DNA of 64,000 nucleotides from Selaginella moellendorffii (taxonomy: Eukaryota > Plantae > Lycopodiophyta), in assembly GCF_000143415.4 (NCBI RefSeq), contig NW_003314345.1:390574-454573 (forward strand), given 5' to 3'. The translations under genes were made by a program, and so were the position numbers. Under the pieces are notes generated by a model. The model worked only from the letters and a program-made list of their open reading frames with translations. It was not told where the DNA came from and searched no databases. Of this stretch, positions 51,069 through 64,000 are shown one piece after another (position 1 is the first letter of the stretch; the number at the start of each line of letters is the position of its first letter).

Positions 51069-51722
51069 ATGGCTCTCATCAAAATTGTCACGGTGTCATT
51101 CTTTCTGTGCTTAACTATTATTGGAGTGTTGGGCGATGAGGATCCTCTCCAGGATTTCTGCGTTGAAGATCCAAACTCCAATGTGTTCATCAACGGAGTT
51201 CCTTGCAAAGATCCCACCACAGTCACTGCCGATGACTTCACCTCCACAATCCTTCGTCAGGCTCCAGTCATAAACAACACACTGCGAATCCAAGCCGACT
51301 TGATCGATATCAGACTGTTTCCAGGCCTCAACACGCAGGGACTCTCCATTGCTCGCCTTGCATTCGGTCCATTTGGCGTGAATCCTCCGCACAGCCATCC
51401 CCGAGCGTCCGAGGTCATCTGGCTCCTCCAAGGACGCCTCTATGTTGGATTTGTGTCAACTTCCAACCGGTTGTTTGCAAAGGTTTTATATCCCGGTGAT
51501 CTGTTCATCTTTCCCAGGGGACTAGTTCACTTCCAGCGAAACCTGGATAAGTCGGACACAGTTGCGGTGGCTGCGCTTGGAAGTCAAAACCCAGGAAGAA
51601 CAGACATTGCTAGAGCATTGTTCCAGACCACTCCAGCCATCATGAACGAAGTTCTGGAGGCAACTTTGCAGGTTGACGAAAATGAGATTGATGAGTTACG
51701 ACGTGGAGTGAGTCGGACTTGA
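51069..51722 (+). CDS. Germin-like protein (cupin), secreted
   Basis: Signal peptide, DEDPLQDFCV, GLNTQGLSIAR, germin box GVNPPHSHPRASE and FIFPRGLVHFQ; single exon. Confidence 0.95.
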   Translation: MALIKIVTVSFFLCLTIIGVLGDEDPLQDFCVEDPNSNVFINGVPCKDPTTVTADDFTSTILRQAPVINNTLRIQADLIDIRLFPGLNTQGLSIARLAFGPFGVNPPHSHPRASEVIWLLQGRLYVGFVSTSNRLFAKVLYPGDLFIFPRGLVHFQRNLDKSDTVAVAALGSQNPGRTDIARALFQTTPAIMNEVLEATLQVDENEIDELRRGVSRT

Positions 51723-51984
51723 TTCTGGACAAAAGGTCCAAGTACAAAATGCTTGCAAAAATCTCAATAAAGCTCTTTGGTCGCCGGTCCAATTCCGGCA
51801 GATTGAACTATAGTTTTTCAGGCCTCTCCAATACAAGCATGGATGGAGCATTCTAGTAGATTTCTGGAGTGATTTCTCTCTTGCGCCATTCCAGATTTTA
51901 GTCGAGCAATCAATATTTTGATAGAGCAATGTGATCCTGGAATTAGGGTTTTGGCCTAATCCACCAACATTCTCACATCAGGGT

Positions 51985-54900
51985 CCAGCTGATCGACATC
52001 ACAAGGTTCCCAGGCCTCAACACGCAAGGGTCCATTGGGAGTGAATCCTCCCCACGTCCATGTCGTCGATCAGCTGACGTGGTGTCCACGTGGTCATGAG
52101 TCATGTTCCTTGAGTCATGTAAAAAGAGTCGGAACACAATGAACGAGCTCATGAGTGTTATGTCCATCCCTTTTCACATCACAACATGGTATCGGATTTG
52201 ATTTGACGTTGCTGTCATGGCCGCTTCAACCCCACCACCACCTCCGCCGCACCACCGCCGCTGCTGCCGCCGCCGCCGCCGCCACCGGTCGTCTCTCACG
52301 ATCTTCTAAATCGATATTTTACATAGTAACCCTGCCCTATTATATTGGCGGCGATGGAAGCTCTGTGGAGAAATTCAGTGGCACGAATTTCTTCACATGG
52401 GCGACAAGAATCAGGCTGATCCTCTCTGCGAAACGAGCGTGGAACATCGTTGATGGGACTTCGCACGATCTTCGTGGCCCAAGCCGCAAATTCTTCCATG
52501 TTGCTGAATCAACAATTCTTGGCGCTTCACATGGAAACGGGTGAAACCATTGCTGTGTACGTGGGACGGATTCGAGGGCTAATGGCTGAATTGACTGGTG
52601 CTGGGTCTCCTGATCGCGCCAGGGCGTTGCTGCTTGTAACCGTCACGCCTGCGTTTAGCACGCTCGCATCTGTTCTATCTCACATGGCCATGAACTTTGA
52701 TCAAGTCGTGGGTGCCGTAATTGAAGAGGAACGCAAGATGAAGGGGAAGAAAGAAGCGATGCCCTCTGCCAAATCTTCCTTGCTTTATGCTGGCGCTGCG
52801 AGAGGATCATCCTCGTCCTCTCAAGCTCAGCCCAACGACACTGGTTTTCGTGGCATTTGTCACTACTGCCACAAACCTGGACACTTGGCGAGGGATTGCA
52901 AGAAGAAGAAAGCTCATCGTGCTAAAGCTGCCAAGAACAAAGACAAAGGAAACAAAGACAAGGGCTCTGGGACTCCTCGTAAGCTCTTGATGGCTCGCTC
53001 TGCAAGCAGCAGCCACCAGCCCGTGCTCGGACCAGAGCTGTGGCTGGATTCTGGAGCGTCATTCCATATGACGCCCATGGCTTCCTTGTTCTTTGACTAC
53101 CAAGAACCGTGTGAGAGTGATGCCGTGGGACTCGGTGACTCCTCTGCTCACGACGTGTTAGGCAAAGGAACAATCAGGGCTAAGCTCTCTTCTGGAGAAA
53201 TCCGGGAGATCTATCCTGTGTCTTATGTTCCGGGACTCACACACACGCTGCTGTCGATTGGAACTGCTGCTCAAGTAGGCTTCGATACTCTGTTCACAGC
53301 ACAGGGAGCGTTCGTGCTGGATGCCGAGACTGGAGACAAGGTCGCTTTTGGAGTTCCAGTTGATACGCTCTACCGCCTGGATGCTCACGTGATCCTTCCA
53401 CCTGTGACACTTGCAACCTGGCACCAGCGCCTTGGTCACGTGAACGAGCAACAGCTCAAAAAGGTGGATGTTCCTGTGGCGCCTGGGAGCGCGCTGCCCT
53501 TCTGCGAAGCTTGTGTTGGTGGAAAACACCACGTTTTTCCTTTTCCACAGATTTCTCATTCTCGAGCAAGTTCTGTTCTTGAGTTGGTACACTCGGACGT
53601 TTGTTCGATTATGGTTGAATCTTTGGGAGGCAAACGTTACGTAGTCACCTTCCTGGATGATTACACGCGGTAGCTGATCGTGTACCTGCTGGCTCATAAG
53701 TCAGAAGTGTTCTCCTGTTTCAGCCAATACAAGGCTTTGGTAGAAAAGCTACACGGCTGTTTAGTTCGTGTGCTCCGCTGCGATCGTGGAGGAGAATTCG
53801 AGACGTTTTGTGCTGAAGCTGGGATCCAGCGCCAGTATGCTGTCCCTGATGCACATGCCCAGAATGGTGGTGCCGAGAGGGTGAATCGCACCATCATAGA
53901 AGCTGCACGCTGTATGCTGCTTCACGCGGGAATGCCGGCTGCTTTCTGGGGAGAGGCAGTGAACACGGCTGTTTATGTTCGAAACCGGTTGCCAACACGT
54001 GCCCTGCCTGGGAAGACCACTCCTTATGAGCGTTGGACTGGTCACGCACCTGGTTACGATCATCTCCGCATTTTTTGGCTGTTTCGCCTATGCACACGTT
54101 CCACACAAGCAACGCCGAAAGCTGGAGTCAAAGGCTGAGCCATCCATTTTCCTGGGATATTTGGAAGGCATGAAAGGATATCGCCTTTATTCTCTCAAGC
54201 GCAAGACTTTGCTGGAAAGACGGGATGTGCTCTTTGATGAGAGCAAGCTGTACAAGGATCGCGCTGAAGTTCCTGCTCCTACTTTCGTGGAACTCCAGCT
54301 GGTGGACACAGTTCACGTGACTACAGCTCCTTCTCAAGTCCCGTTGCTGCCTCTTGCTCCTGCTGGTGGTAACCTGGTGGTTCTTCCAGCACTGCCACCA
54401 CGCCCTCCAGCTACGCCTTTGCAAGAATCTCCTCCAGTGCGAACACCTAGCTTCTCTGAAGAGCTGATGAACACTTACTTCGAGGGCGACGAGGAATTTC
54501 AAGCTGCTCCTGAGTTCTTCCTCGGCTCAACTTCAGTGGGAGCTGGACGTGGATCATCACCTTCAGTGGGAGATGGAAGCAGGTCGCCAACTTCAGTGGG
54601 AGCTCTCCCAGACTCTCCACTTGTTCCACCACCTGTGATCCACCCTCCAGCACGTCCTGAACCACGGCGCTCTGCTCCAGTTCCCGTACCATCGAGGCTG
54701 CAACTGGAAGCTGAGCAATCTCGTCCCTTCTTTAGTTTTGGAAAAATTTAAAAGAAAGGAACGCACCAGGCTAACTTCGTGGCTGCTAATCCAGAGCGAA
54801 TCCCCATTCCAGCGAATGTTGACGAGGCATTAGCTGGACCTCATGCTGCCCAGTGGCGAGAAGCCATGAATGCTGAAATGCATTCGCATGAGCGAAACAA

Positions 54901-55925
54901 TACAATGACAAAGACAACCTTACCTGAAGGTGCTCACCCTGTGAGCTCGAAATGGATTTACACAGTCAAGTACAAACCTGATGGAACTGTAGCAAAGTTC
55001 AAGGCCAGGTTTGTCGCACGGGGATTCAGCCAGATTCCAGGTTTGGAATACATGGAGACGTACTCACCAGTTGTGAAGTTGACCTCTGTGCGAGTGATCC
55101 TTGCACTGGCTGCCAAGTATGACCTGGAACTGCACCAGTTGGACGTTCACACTGCTTTCCTGCACGGCAAGTTGAACGAGGAGGTCTACGTCAAGCAACC
55201 ACCTGGATTCGTCAAACCTGGTGAGGAACATCTTGTTTGCAAGCTGAATCGCGCCCTGTATGGGCTTAAACATTCCCCGAGGGTTTGGTATGAACGCATT
55301 GATGCGTTCTTCAAGAGCCTGGGGTGTGTTCCTCTTGCAGTGGAAGGAAACGTGTACCTGTACAAGTGTGGTGACGATTTTCTCCTGGCTTTGGCTCGAG
55401 ACTCCTTTGAACGCCATCGCGCTGCACTGGGAGTCTGCTCTCCATCTGTTTCGGCCGAGTGGGAGGGGTAGTCCATCCTCTCAGCTGATCGAGCCAGAGT
55501 GGGAGTGTCGAGATGTCAGTCTCGAGGCATGTCCACGTGGTCATGAGTCATGTCCCTTGAGTCATGTAAAAAGAGTCGGAACACAATGAACGAGCTCATG
55601 AGTGTTATGTCCATCCCTTTTCACATCACAACAGTCCATCCCCGATCATCCGAGGTCATCTATTGTCTCCAGGGACGCATCGACGCTGGGTTTGTGACGA
55701 CTGCCAACAGGCTGTTCGAGAAGGTTTGATATCCCGGGGACTTGTTTATCTTTCCTCGAGGGCTGCTCCCCGGATGACCCGGTCAGCGCTCTCGCTATCG
55801 TCGCCTGGTCGCACGGATGTGGCTAGGGCTTGTTTCCAGACTTAAGAATCTGATAATCTGAACGAAGTGATCGAAGCAGCTCTCCAAGTTGACGGAAGTG
55901 ATTGAAAAGCTTCGCGCCAAGAGTA
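51985..55925 (+). pseudogene. Second germin-like gene, split by a Copia insertion and decayed
   Basis: ttcccaggcctcaacacgcaaggg..gtgaatcctccccacgtcca before the element; tccccgatcatccgaggtcatc..tttatctttcctcgagggct after it. Confidence 0.8.
52061..55633 (+). mobile_element. Ty1/Copia LTR retrotransposon with ~127-bp LTRs; RT truncated, RNase H missing
   Basis: LTRs at 52061-52186 and 55506-55633; TSD GTCCA; PBS tggtatcgga; PPT gagtgggag. Domains: gag knuckle CHYCHKPGHLARDC, protease WLDSGASFHM, WHQRLGH, integrase LELVHSDVC (in-frame TAG at 53671), RT KARFVARGFSQ..HQLDVHTAFLHG..LYGLK. Confidence 0.95.
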
Positions 55926-56032
55926 TTTGTTAAAGGTAAGAATTAGATTTATATATAAATTACGTTTTTTAAAACTAAATCAAGGAGGCATCGCATTTTC
56001 TTAACTGGTATCTGCCCTAATCTCATGAGGGT

Positions 56033-56041
56033 TTAGGGTTT
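56033..56041 (-). promoter_or_regulatory. Telo-box (AAACCCTAA) just upstream of PRMT5
   Basis: ttagggttt about 15 bp before the ATG. The telo-box is a known plant cis-element of growth and housekeeping genes. Confidence 0.5.
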
Positions 56042-56056
56042 TTTGAGGGGATTGCG

Positions 56057-59000
56057 ATGCCGCTGGGGCAGCGCGCCGGCGATAACAGCGAGTCCCGCTA
56101 CGCCGGCTGTGAGATCCTACGCCACACGGATGACATCGAGGAGGCGCTATCGTCTAGCCTCTCGGCTGGATTCGACTTCATCGTTCTTCCTCTGGTGAGA
56201 TTATAGCACAAAGTTTTAGTTCGTGTTCTAGGTTGTGTTCTTATTGTGTGCTTGGCAGACTAATCCGGAGTATAGGCCCAGTAAGAATGCGGGCTTGGTT
56301 CCACCGTTTTGTGGATCGGACCTGGTGTTTAGCTCGACGCAGTGGAGCAGCCATGTCGTTGGTAAGTGTAGCGCTTCGTTTCCAAATGGTTATCGGATTT
56401 TACTTCTTGTTCTAGGACGAGTAAGTGACTGGATTGAATTGGATGGTGATGACGACGTTGCTCGTCTGGATTCGGAGCTTGTGTTGAGGAAGGAGCTTAG
56501 CTGGGCTGGGCATCTCTCTGTACAGGTTTGTGTTCGTTTGTAGACTTGGATGTGGTTTCTACTGATTCGCTCTTGCCAGGCGTGTTTACTTCCAACTCCA
56601 AAGGCATTTGGCTGTGCAAACTATGCGCGCTGCGTCAATCAGGTTCTCCAAGGCCTGGGGAACATGCAGGTTTGTGTGCGATTGCTCTTTCTGGATGGTT
56701 TTGGATCCTAAGAGGTTTGTTTCAGCTATGGCTTAGATTGCCATTGCAAACTCCGGAAATGGAGGAGGCAGAGGCAACTGATACTGAAGATGCTGCATAT
56801 CTGGTAACGTTGGGTTTTCTTTGTTCTCAATCTGATTGCTTTCGGCAGAAGAGGGATCCAATATCAAACCGCTTGCTCAATGATTCGTGGGAATGGTGGC
56901 ATATGTTTCGTACACTTTGCGAGTATCATAACCAGCTGGGCGTCGCGCTCGACATCACGTAACTTTCACTCTTGTCACTGCATATTAGCTCACTGTCTTT
57001 TCAGAGCATCACTCCCTCCGGCGAGCGCCATCAAACGCTGGATTGGAGAACCGTTAAAGGCTGCTATCCTCCATACAAGTGTAAGTGCTACACAAACACA
57101 AAGTCGCGATTTCTAATAGCTAAGGTTTAGGCCTTCTTGACGAACAAACGAGGATATCCTTGCCTGTCAAAGCGTCACCAGAGTCTGATTACAATGCTGT
57201 TTAATCACTCAGTGCAGGTTTGTTGCTCGTGCTCTTTGTGTTTCACATTTGACCATTGGACAGGTTATTTTGTCCGGTGAGTCATTTCATTCAGTTGGTG
57301 CGCTTGAGTATGCGGCAGAAAATGGAGAGCTTGGGCAAGGTTTGTTCTGTTAGTCACTTGATAACTAGTTGATTCCTCGTTTTGAAATCAGACAATGGAA
57401 ACTCTCAGGATCCTTTAATACTTTATCGCGATTATGTTGCGAACCTCTATCGCAAGCTCGACCCATTGACTACACAGGAACAATTCGAGGTGATTTTTAC
57501 CCATGATCTTTCTTCTTCCTTCTTGAGACGTATAATTACCACATTACATTTGCAGTTAGGATACCGAGATTTCCTGCAAGCGCCACTACAGGTATACCGT
57601 AAATCTTATGTTTCTTAAAACATTTCCGCTCGTTCTTTTCTTTTTCTTTCCAGCCGTTGATGGATAATTTGGAGGCGCAAACCTACGAGACCTTTGAAAA
57701 AGATGCCACGAAATATGATCAAGTTCGTCTTTTCGTTTTACCTATAAATGCATCGAACCTACATTGTTTATGTTAACACAGTATCAAAACGCTGTACGGG
57801 CAGCCTTAGTAGATCGGGTGTCTGATGCAGAGGCATCTACCAAAACTATTGTAAGTATGATGGTCAGTGTTTCTGGGATAATGACTTTTAAGTTTCAGGT
57901 GCTTATGGTGGTTGGCGCTGGAAGAGGACCTCTTGTGCGAGCTTCGCTCAAGGTATGCAAGCGTCTTTATAATTCTTGACTTCCGTTCGTTTATCTGAAG
58001 GCTGCTGAAGAATGTGGAAGAAATCTACGTGTCTATGCGGTTGAAAAGAATCCCAACGCTGTTGTTACGCTTTCGGTAATTTCGTTTCTGAAAATTCTCT
58101 TAGTTTTTCATTTGTATTCGGCTTGCGTGTGATCAGAGGCTTATCAAGATGGAGGGATGGGAAGATCTAGTAGAACTCGTTTCTTGCGACATGAGGCACT
58201 GGGATGCTCCCGAGCAAGCAGATATTTTGGTATAACACCAAATTGCATATTTCTATCCTCATATTGTGTGACAGGTTAGTGAGCTCTTGGGATCATTTGG
58301 AGATAACGAGCTCTCTCCGGAGTGCTTGGACGGCGCTCAACGGTTTTTGAAGAAAGATGGAATTTCTATTCCCTCATCGTAAGTGACAGAACTCAAGTCT
58401 TCGTTTCAACAAGTTTCTTGCAGATACACAAGCTATATAGGTCCCGTTACGGCATCAAAGTTGTACAATGACGTACGTACCTGTTTGCTCGAGCTAGACA
58501 GCTTACCTGGTGGACCTTGTGCCTTTCCAGGTCAAATCTTACAATGACCTTTCGCATTTTGAGACGGCTTATGTTGTAAAGCTGCACAATGCGGCTCCTT
58601 TGGCTGCCCCTCAACCTGTAAGTGTTATGCCAGGTCCAGAACGGCAGACAACTCTTTGTTTATTTACAGGTTTTTACATTTGTACACCCAACGGACAACA
58701 CTGACAACAGGAGATACAAGCGGCACGTTTTTAACTTCTCACCGGATACAGGATCAGCTCTAGTTCACGGTACTGTTGTATTGGACTGTAGATTCACCCG
58801 CAAATCAATGCTTACGTTTCACTCTTACGCAGGATTCGGAGGCTACTTTGACGCTGTTTTGTACAAGGATATTCACCTCGGCATTGAACCATCTACAGCA
58901 ACACCAAACATGTTCAGCTGGTAAGCTTGGCAAATGGAGATGCTGGAGTCGCTTCAAATTTTCTTGCAGGTTTTCTATATTCTTTCCTCTCCGCACACCA

Positions 59001-59200
59001 ATATACGTTCCTGCCGGTGCTTTGTTGGAGCTCCACTTTTGGCGCTGTGTTGCTCCTACCAAAGTAAGGCCTCTCTGTTTCTCCATGTCCACTCTTACAT
59101 GTATTTTTATCCGCAGGTGTGGTATGAGTGGAGCGTTACATCTCCTACCGTCTCTCCTCTTCACAATCCCAATGGTCGATCTTACTGGGTCGGTTTGTAG
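56057..59200 (+). CDS. PRMT5: Protein arginine N-methyltransferase 5 (SKB1), multi-exon
   Basis: [85 protein letters not shown] and [12 protein letters not shown]. Confidence 0.96.
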
Positions 59201-59299
59201 CTTGGGGAGTTTTCATTTTGGCAACTTGTGCCTCTAGTATTCTTTCAAAAGCAAGGTATCAGCTTTTCATATCTCAAGCTTCCTTATTGCTAGACGTTG

Positions 59300-61399
59300 T
59301 CATGGCCAGCCCCCTCGTGATCCTTTGCGGCGAAGGTACCCCATCTTGACAGACCTCTCAAAGTCCCAGTGGAGATTATCGTTTTTCAAGCACCAGAATG
59401 ACCATCCGAGCGACGCTCCAGCACCAAAAACTTCGAGCTGGGCAGTGGCATAGGCAGTGTAGTCCGAGCTCGAGGCACCAGTTACGTTCAGCTCGTTTGT
59501 CCATTCACCTTCCAAGGAAAAAAAAAAGAAAAATCAGATCTCTTCTTCCATGTAAAACGATCTTCTTACCAACAAAGATGACCGGCCCCCCAGCGACGCG
59601 AAGAGAATCTAGCTGCTTCTTCCTTTCATTGTAAACGTAGTCTATGTTCCACTGGACAGATTTGCCATAGAATGTGATGTAAAAGAGGTTGTAGAGATGG
59701 ATGTCAAGCGCAACGTTCGAGTAGCCATTCTCTTTTGTCAAAAGATTGGCGAGCTCGTTTGGATCAGCTCCAATTCTCTGGCACATAATCACGTATGCGG
59801 TTGAGGTGTGCTTCCGGACTGTCTGATAGCCTTGAGTGTAGTACTGCTTGAGAGTCTCGAATGAAACGTCGTCACTTCTAGGCTCGTTTAAGAGCTCGAT
59901 GCCAAGCAAGGCAGGATTTTTCGAGTACCTGGTGGAGTGGTATACTTAACAATGGTCAGCTGGTTTAATGTAGAGCACAACGATACCTGGAAGCAAGAAA
60001 ATCGATCACTTGGATGGTTTGAGAGATGTACTCGGGCTGACCCCAAATGGAAACTCCATCGCGTGTTCCACTGTGCTCCCACGGGCTTTGTGATCCAGGA
60101 GCTCCATGGAGATCAATGATAACTTTCATGTTGTTCACCCTGGATTGTAAGAAAAATTATCAGAGCTTGAAAAATGTGAGAATGAGGAATCTAAGTTACC
60201 CGGCCCATTGAAAAGCATTGTCAAGAGCTTGCAGAGAGCCTCCAACAAAAGGAAAAGGTGGTTTTGGATCGTAAGCTATCCACCATCCAACGGGGATCCT
60301 CACGGCGTTGATCCCGTTGGATGCAAGGAACTTGAAATCATTCGCGGTCACAAAGCCGTTTCTATGTTCCTGGAAACCAAAGAAAGAAATGCATTCAGAT
60401 ATGTGACACGAAACTCTCGAAGATTGCCGATGATACCTCGAAGATTGCCGGTGCTGCAGCGAGGCCATAACCATTTGCCAGCTGAAACTCTCCTCCAAGA
60501 ACGGTGTTGACAAACATTTCGAAAACGGCAGGATTGTTATCCCAGCCTGGAGTTCCTTTGTAATCTGCTGTAAGTTGGCTTGGATCCTTTGCCTGTGAAA
60601 AACAAAGGTAAGGAGGAAAGTTCAAGTAAAAGAAGCGCAAGATCTTTCGGACCTGTAAATACATGCCGCTGTGAGCTCTGAGGTGAACTCTCTTACTCGA
60701 GCTCGAGTCACGAATAATCTCGAAAGTTTCCCACATATCTGGTGAAGATTTGGAGGCCTCCACAGCGCCTTCATCTGAAGCCGAAACAAAGTCATTGTTG
60801 GAGACACGTAGCTGGAATCTAGTGCTAGTAACTCTCCACAGCTGCATAAAGAGAAAAAGAAGATTAAGAAGATGAAAGAACGTTTTTCTACGCGAAACAC
60901 TTGACCTTGAAAGTTTCCCACTCTGAAGCTGATGGTCTGTTGACAGAAATCTTCTGTCCACCTCCGCCATCGGCAGACACGAACAATCCAAGTTTGAGGG
61001 ATCTCAGCTGGATTTGTGTTCCATCCTAGTTTTAAGAAATCGTAGAGAGTAAGCGAACGAGTAAGCAAGAGATGGAAGAAAGGAAAGAAAAGTACCAAGA
61101 GGTCTTTGTTTGGAATGCCATCAAAGAGAGACGGTTTGATCCATTTCTCGATCACTAGCCATCCTCCGAGATTGACCGCACGGATTTTTCCAAACGCTTC
61201 TCCACCTTTTCCATGTGAGAAGAAGAAACAAAACGAGAGCGCGTGAGAAGGGAACAAGACTAGAAAACGAAGCATCGATCCGTCCAACTCTACAAGCGCA
61301 TACCGTGATGATCCGACGCATTGATGATTTGCCTTCCAGAAGCTGAAAAACCGAAACGCTCACAGTCAAGTAAAGAACGAACCCAAAGAAAAATTCCAT
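59300..61399 (-). CDS. Glycoside hydrolase family 5 glucan 1,3-beta-glucosidase with fascin-like insert, secreted
   Basis: Signal peptide MEFFFGFVLYLTVSVSVFQLLEG; IRAVNLGGWLVIEKWIKPSLF; GINAVRIPVGWW; IIDLHGAPGSQ; acid/base IELLNEP; nucleophile region FVGEW. Confidence 0.92.
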
Positions 61400-61902
61400 G
61401 ACTAACCGCTGAGAAATGGGAGAAGCAGCAGCAAGAGCAGCGGCCGCGCCGGCATTTTGGAGTGCCCGAGAAGGGGCAAAAAAGCGGCATTTGTAGCATA
61501 CGCTGGATCCAGAAACAATGCCAAGAACAGTGTAAAGGAAGGGAATTTCCACTCGCACTGCCCCAATACCCGAAAGTCAATGTAAGATTTGTAGCTCCTG
61601 CGCCGCGCTGCCGCCCCATTCAGTCGCACAGAGCACGAGCACTGCGATCCAGATAGAAAATTTATTTTAGGGCTCCTGGGTTTTGTAAAGATTCTTATAT
61701 TCTTCAAGAGCCCTAATTTTATACCCTTAAAGTTACCATATACTAATGGTAACTAGGATAAAATAAGGGCACGTAAAGTTTTGATGGGATCTAGGTAGGT
61801 TGGTGGGCAATGTCGAAACCATTGAGTCGAGGGTATACAAATCTTAGGGCTTGGAATTTTTTGCCGGCCATGGTCGCCAGTGGCGCAATGAAGTAGAGGC
61901 CA

Positions 61903-64000
61903 ATGTCAGGGTTTGGGAGGGGTGGAGGGAAGGGCGGCCATGGACGCGGTAGCGGCGGCGCCGGAGGGATCGCGGCGCTCCGCCGAGGTATGCCGCCCAA
62001 GAAGAGCCAGCACCAGCAGCATCAGCACCAGCAGCTTTCCAAATCTGCGGGAGCTGCGCCGCGCAACGATTCCAGCTCCTCCGCCAGTGCCCTAGAGGAG
62101 TCCTTCCAGCTGGTATGCGCTCCGCAGGGCCCTTCGCAGTTCGCGATGATGATCCGCCTCACTCCCGGATTGCTGGATGAGCTCCGCCGCGCCGAGGCCG
62201 AGGGCGCGGCTTCCAGCATCAAGTTTGCGAGCCATCCTAGCGGCGGTCATGTAAGTTCTTCGCTCTAGCCTAGACATTTATTTTCTCGCGTTTCCATTCT
62301 CGATCGTGCTAGGGAGTGACTGATGGGTGTCTTCTCTTGACAGCTATTAAAGGTGGGACACGAAGAGTATAAGTTCTCGTCAGCGCCAGAGCCGGGGGAG
62401 CTTTGCGACGTTTTTGAGGAGCAAAAGGCTGGAGAGGACGGGCAGGGAGTGCTCGCGGCAGTGGGATCTGTGTGGAGGAAGATTGCTGTGCAGCGAACTC
62501 TCAGCGCCAGCGAGAAGGACAGAGTGAAGAAGCGCTCGGTTGAGGCGGAGCAGCAACTCAAGTCCCGGAAGTAAGTTCTCTCGTGAGATGTGTAGCATTT
62601 ATCTTTCCATTCATTGTGCGTGCTTGCAGGGCCATTCTCGTGGATTCTTCGCTGATGAAAGCGGAGACGGCTGCACCGGGAGATGGTAAGTCTTTTCAAT
62701 GCTTCTGCTGCAGACTTTTCCTCACTACGATTGTTTGCACAGCTGCTGCCAGAAGACCTCCAATAAAAGGGAAGAAGGAACCGCCACCGAAGAAACGAAA
62801 GGTCACACCGGCAGGTAAGTAGCTGTGAGGGTGTTCTTAATTTTGCTGAAGAAATAAATTTTTTAGTGGTTCCTGCTAAGTCTAAGCCACCTCCTGCTCA
62901 TTCTGCCTCAGTACCGTCTAAGGAGAAAAATGGACCGCTACTAATTGCGGAGCCGGCTGTGCCTCCGGCAGCTCGCTCTCCGCCTCTAGCTGCGACTGCA
63001 TCCGCTCCTCCGCATTCTCTGCCAAGTGTGGAGAAGCGTGCGCTTGTGGAGGAGATCACCATCGGAAGCGCCTCGCCAGCTAAAGCGGTTCCAAAGGAGA
63101 AGGAGAAGGAGAAGGAGAAAACTTCGGCCGCTACAACACCCGAAGTTCATGTCAAGACGACCTCTGCCGGAGGAGCCGCAGGAGGAGCAGTGAACATGAC
63201 TGAATTGCGAAACACCATAATTGCTCTATTGACCGAAACCCCGAGGGGAATGAAGGTACAGTTTTAGCTGCATACACGAAGCTCATCCTTGGTTTTGCAG
63301 GCTATTGAAAAATCATTAAGCGAAGTAATGCCGCAACCGGACAGAAGGAACATCGAGAAGATTTTAAAATCGGTAATTTTAGTTTTATATTCTACATTTT
63401 TTCTCTACTTATGGTGTTTCATGTCTACAGATCGCTCTATATAAAGCTCCGGGAAAATACGAACTCAAGCCTGGAGTTCAGCCGGAAAGTTATACAGGGC
63501 CATCTCCTGGAAGTGGCAGGTATGTTTATATTTCAAAGACGCTCTTTTGTGCCGATCCCTAACATTTTTTTTTTCTTCTTCAGTTTACCAGATGCAACAG
63601 CAGTGGACTCTCCTGAATCTCCTGCCGGTGCTGCTGAATCCAAGGCGGATGAGTTTGCGAAGTTACCGGCCGCAGGTGTCGAAGTAGAACGGATAGATAT
63701 CGGGGAAGAGGATGAGAGTCCGGCGAAGTCACCAGTGCTACTAGAACATAAAACCAACGCCATACAAGAAAAGGACGAAGAGGAGGGAGAAGTTCAACCG
63801 GGAGGAACTCCAGGGGACGATGCGAATATTACTGTAGAGCCTTTGGAGGAACCGAATCCTCCCAAGGCTGCGGCGAGCAGTGGTTCTAGTAGCACCAGTG
63901 GCAGCGATAGCGACTCTGATAGTGGAAGCGATAGCAGTAGCGGAAGCGGAAGTAGTGGAAGTAGTGGCAGCGAATCCAGCAGTAGCAGCGACGAGGAGGA
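61903..64000 (+). CDS. Plant ELL/occludin-domain (dentin-sialophosphoprotein-related) protein, 5' part
   Basis: Gly-rich start, LEESFQLV..FAMMIRLTPGLLDELRRAEAEG..IKF, ELCDVFEE and VGSVWRKIAVQRTL; Ser/Asp-rich tract at the window end; runs off the window. Confidence 0.75.

Noticed and set aside
53671-53673. Programmed stop read-through in the Copia polyprotein
   Set aside because: The TAG lies mid-integrase and the element has other frameshifts and stops; simple decay is more likely.

Overview
Eukaryotic land-plant genomic DNA with very short (~50-60 bp) GT-AG introns and tightly packed genes. This style and the PLS-PPR gene suggest a lycophyte such as Selaginella (inference only). Apparently intact genes: a SAM-dependent methyltransferase, an AKAP17A/ZCW7-like protein head-to-head with a PLS-class PPR gene, an F-box protein, a germin-like protein, PRMT5, a GH5 exo-1,3-beta-glucanase and the 5' part of an ELL/occludin-domain protein. 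About 10-56 kb is a rearrangement-rich accessory zone. It holds a repeatedly duplicated cassette (PPR tail / PRMT5 5' fragment / 80-aa Dof-like zinc-finger ORF / F-box gene / Gypsy integrase piece) and two decayed Gypsy elements, one with G-patch and extra RNase H. It also holds a decayed PD-(D/E)xK + kinase gene and an AT-rich element with inverted ends that contains a GC-rich array of perfect hairpins. A large LTR element carries a 5S-rRNA-bearing Cassandra-type TRIM nested in its LTR, and a short-LTR Copia sits in the metal-binding motif of a second germin gene. Best leads: the Cassandra TRIM and its shared termini with the host LTR, the triplicated Dof-like micro-ORF coupled to F-box genes, the hairpin array, and the Crinkler-like nuclease-kinase remnant. 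All calls come from manual reading; no searches were run and pseudogene or element boundaries are approximate.
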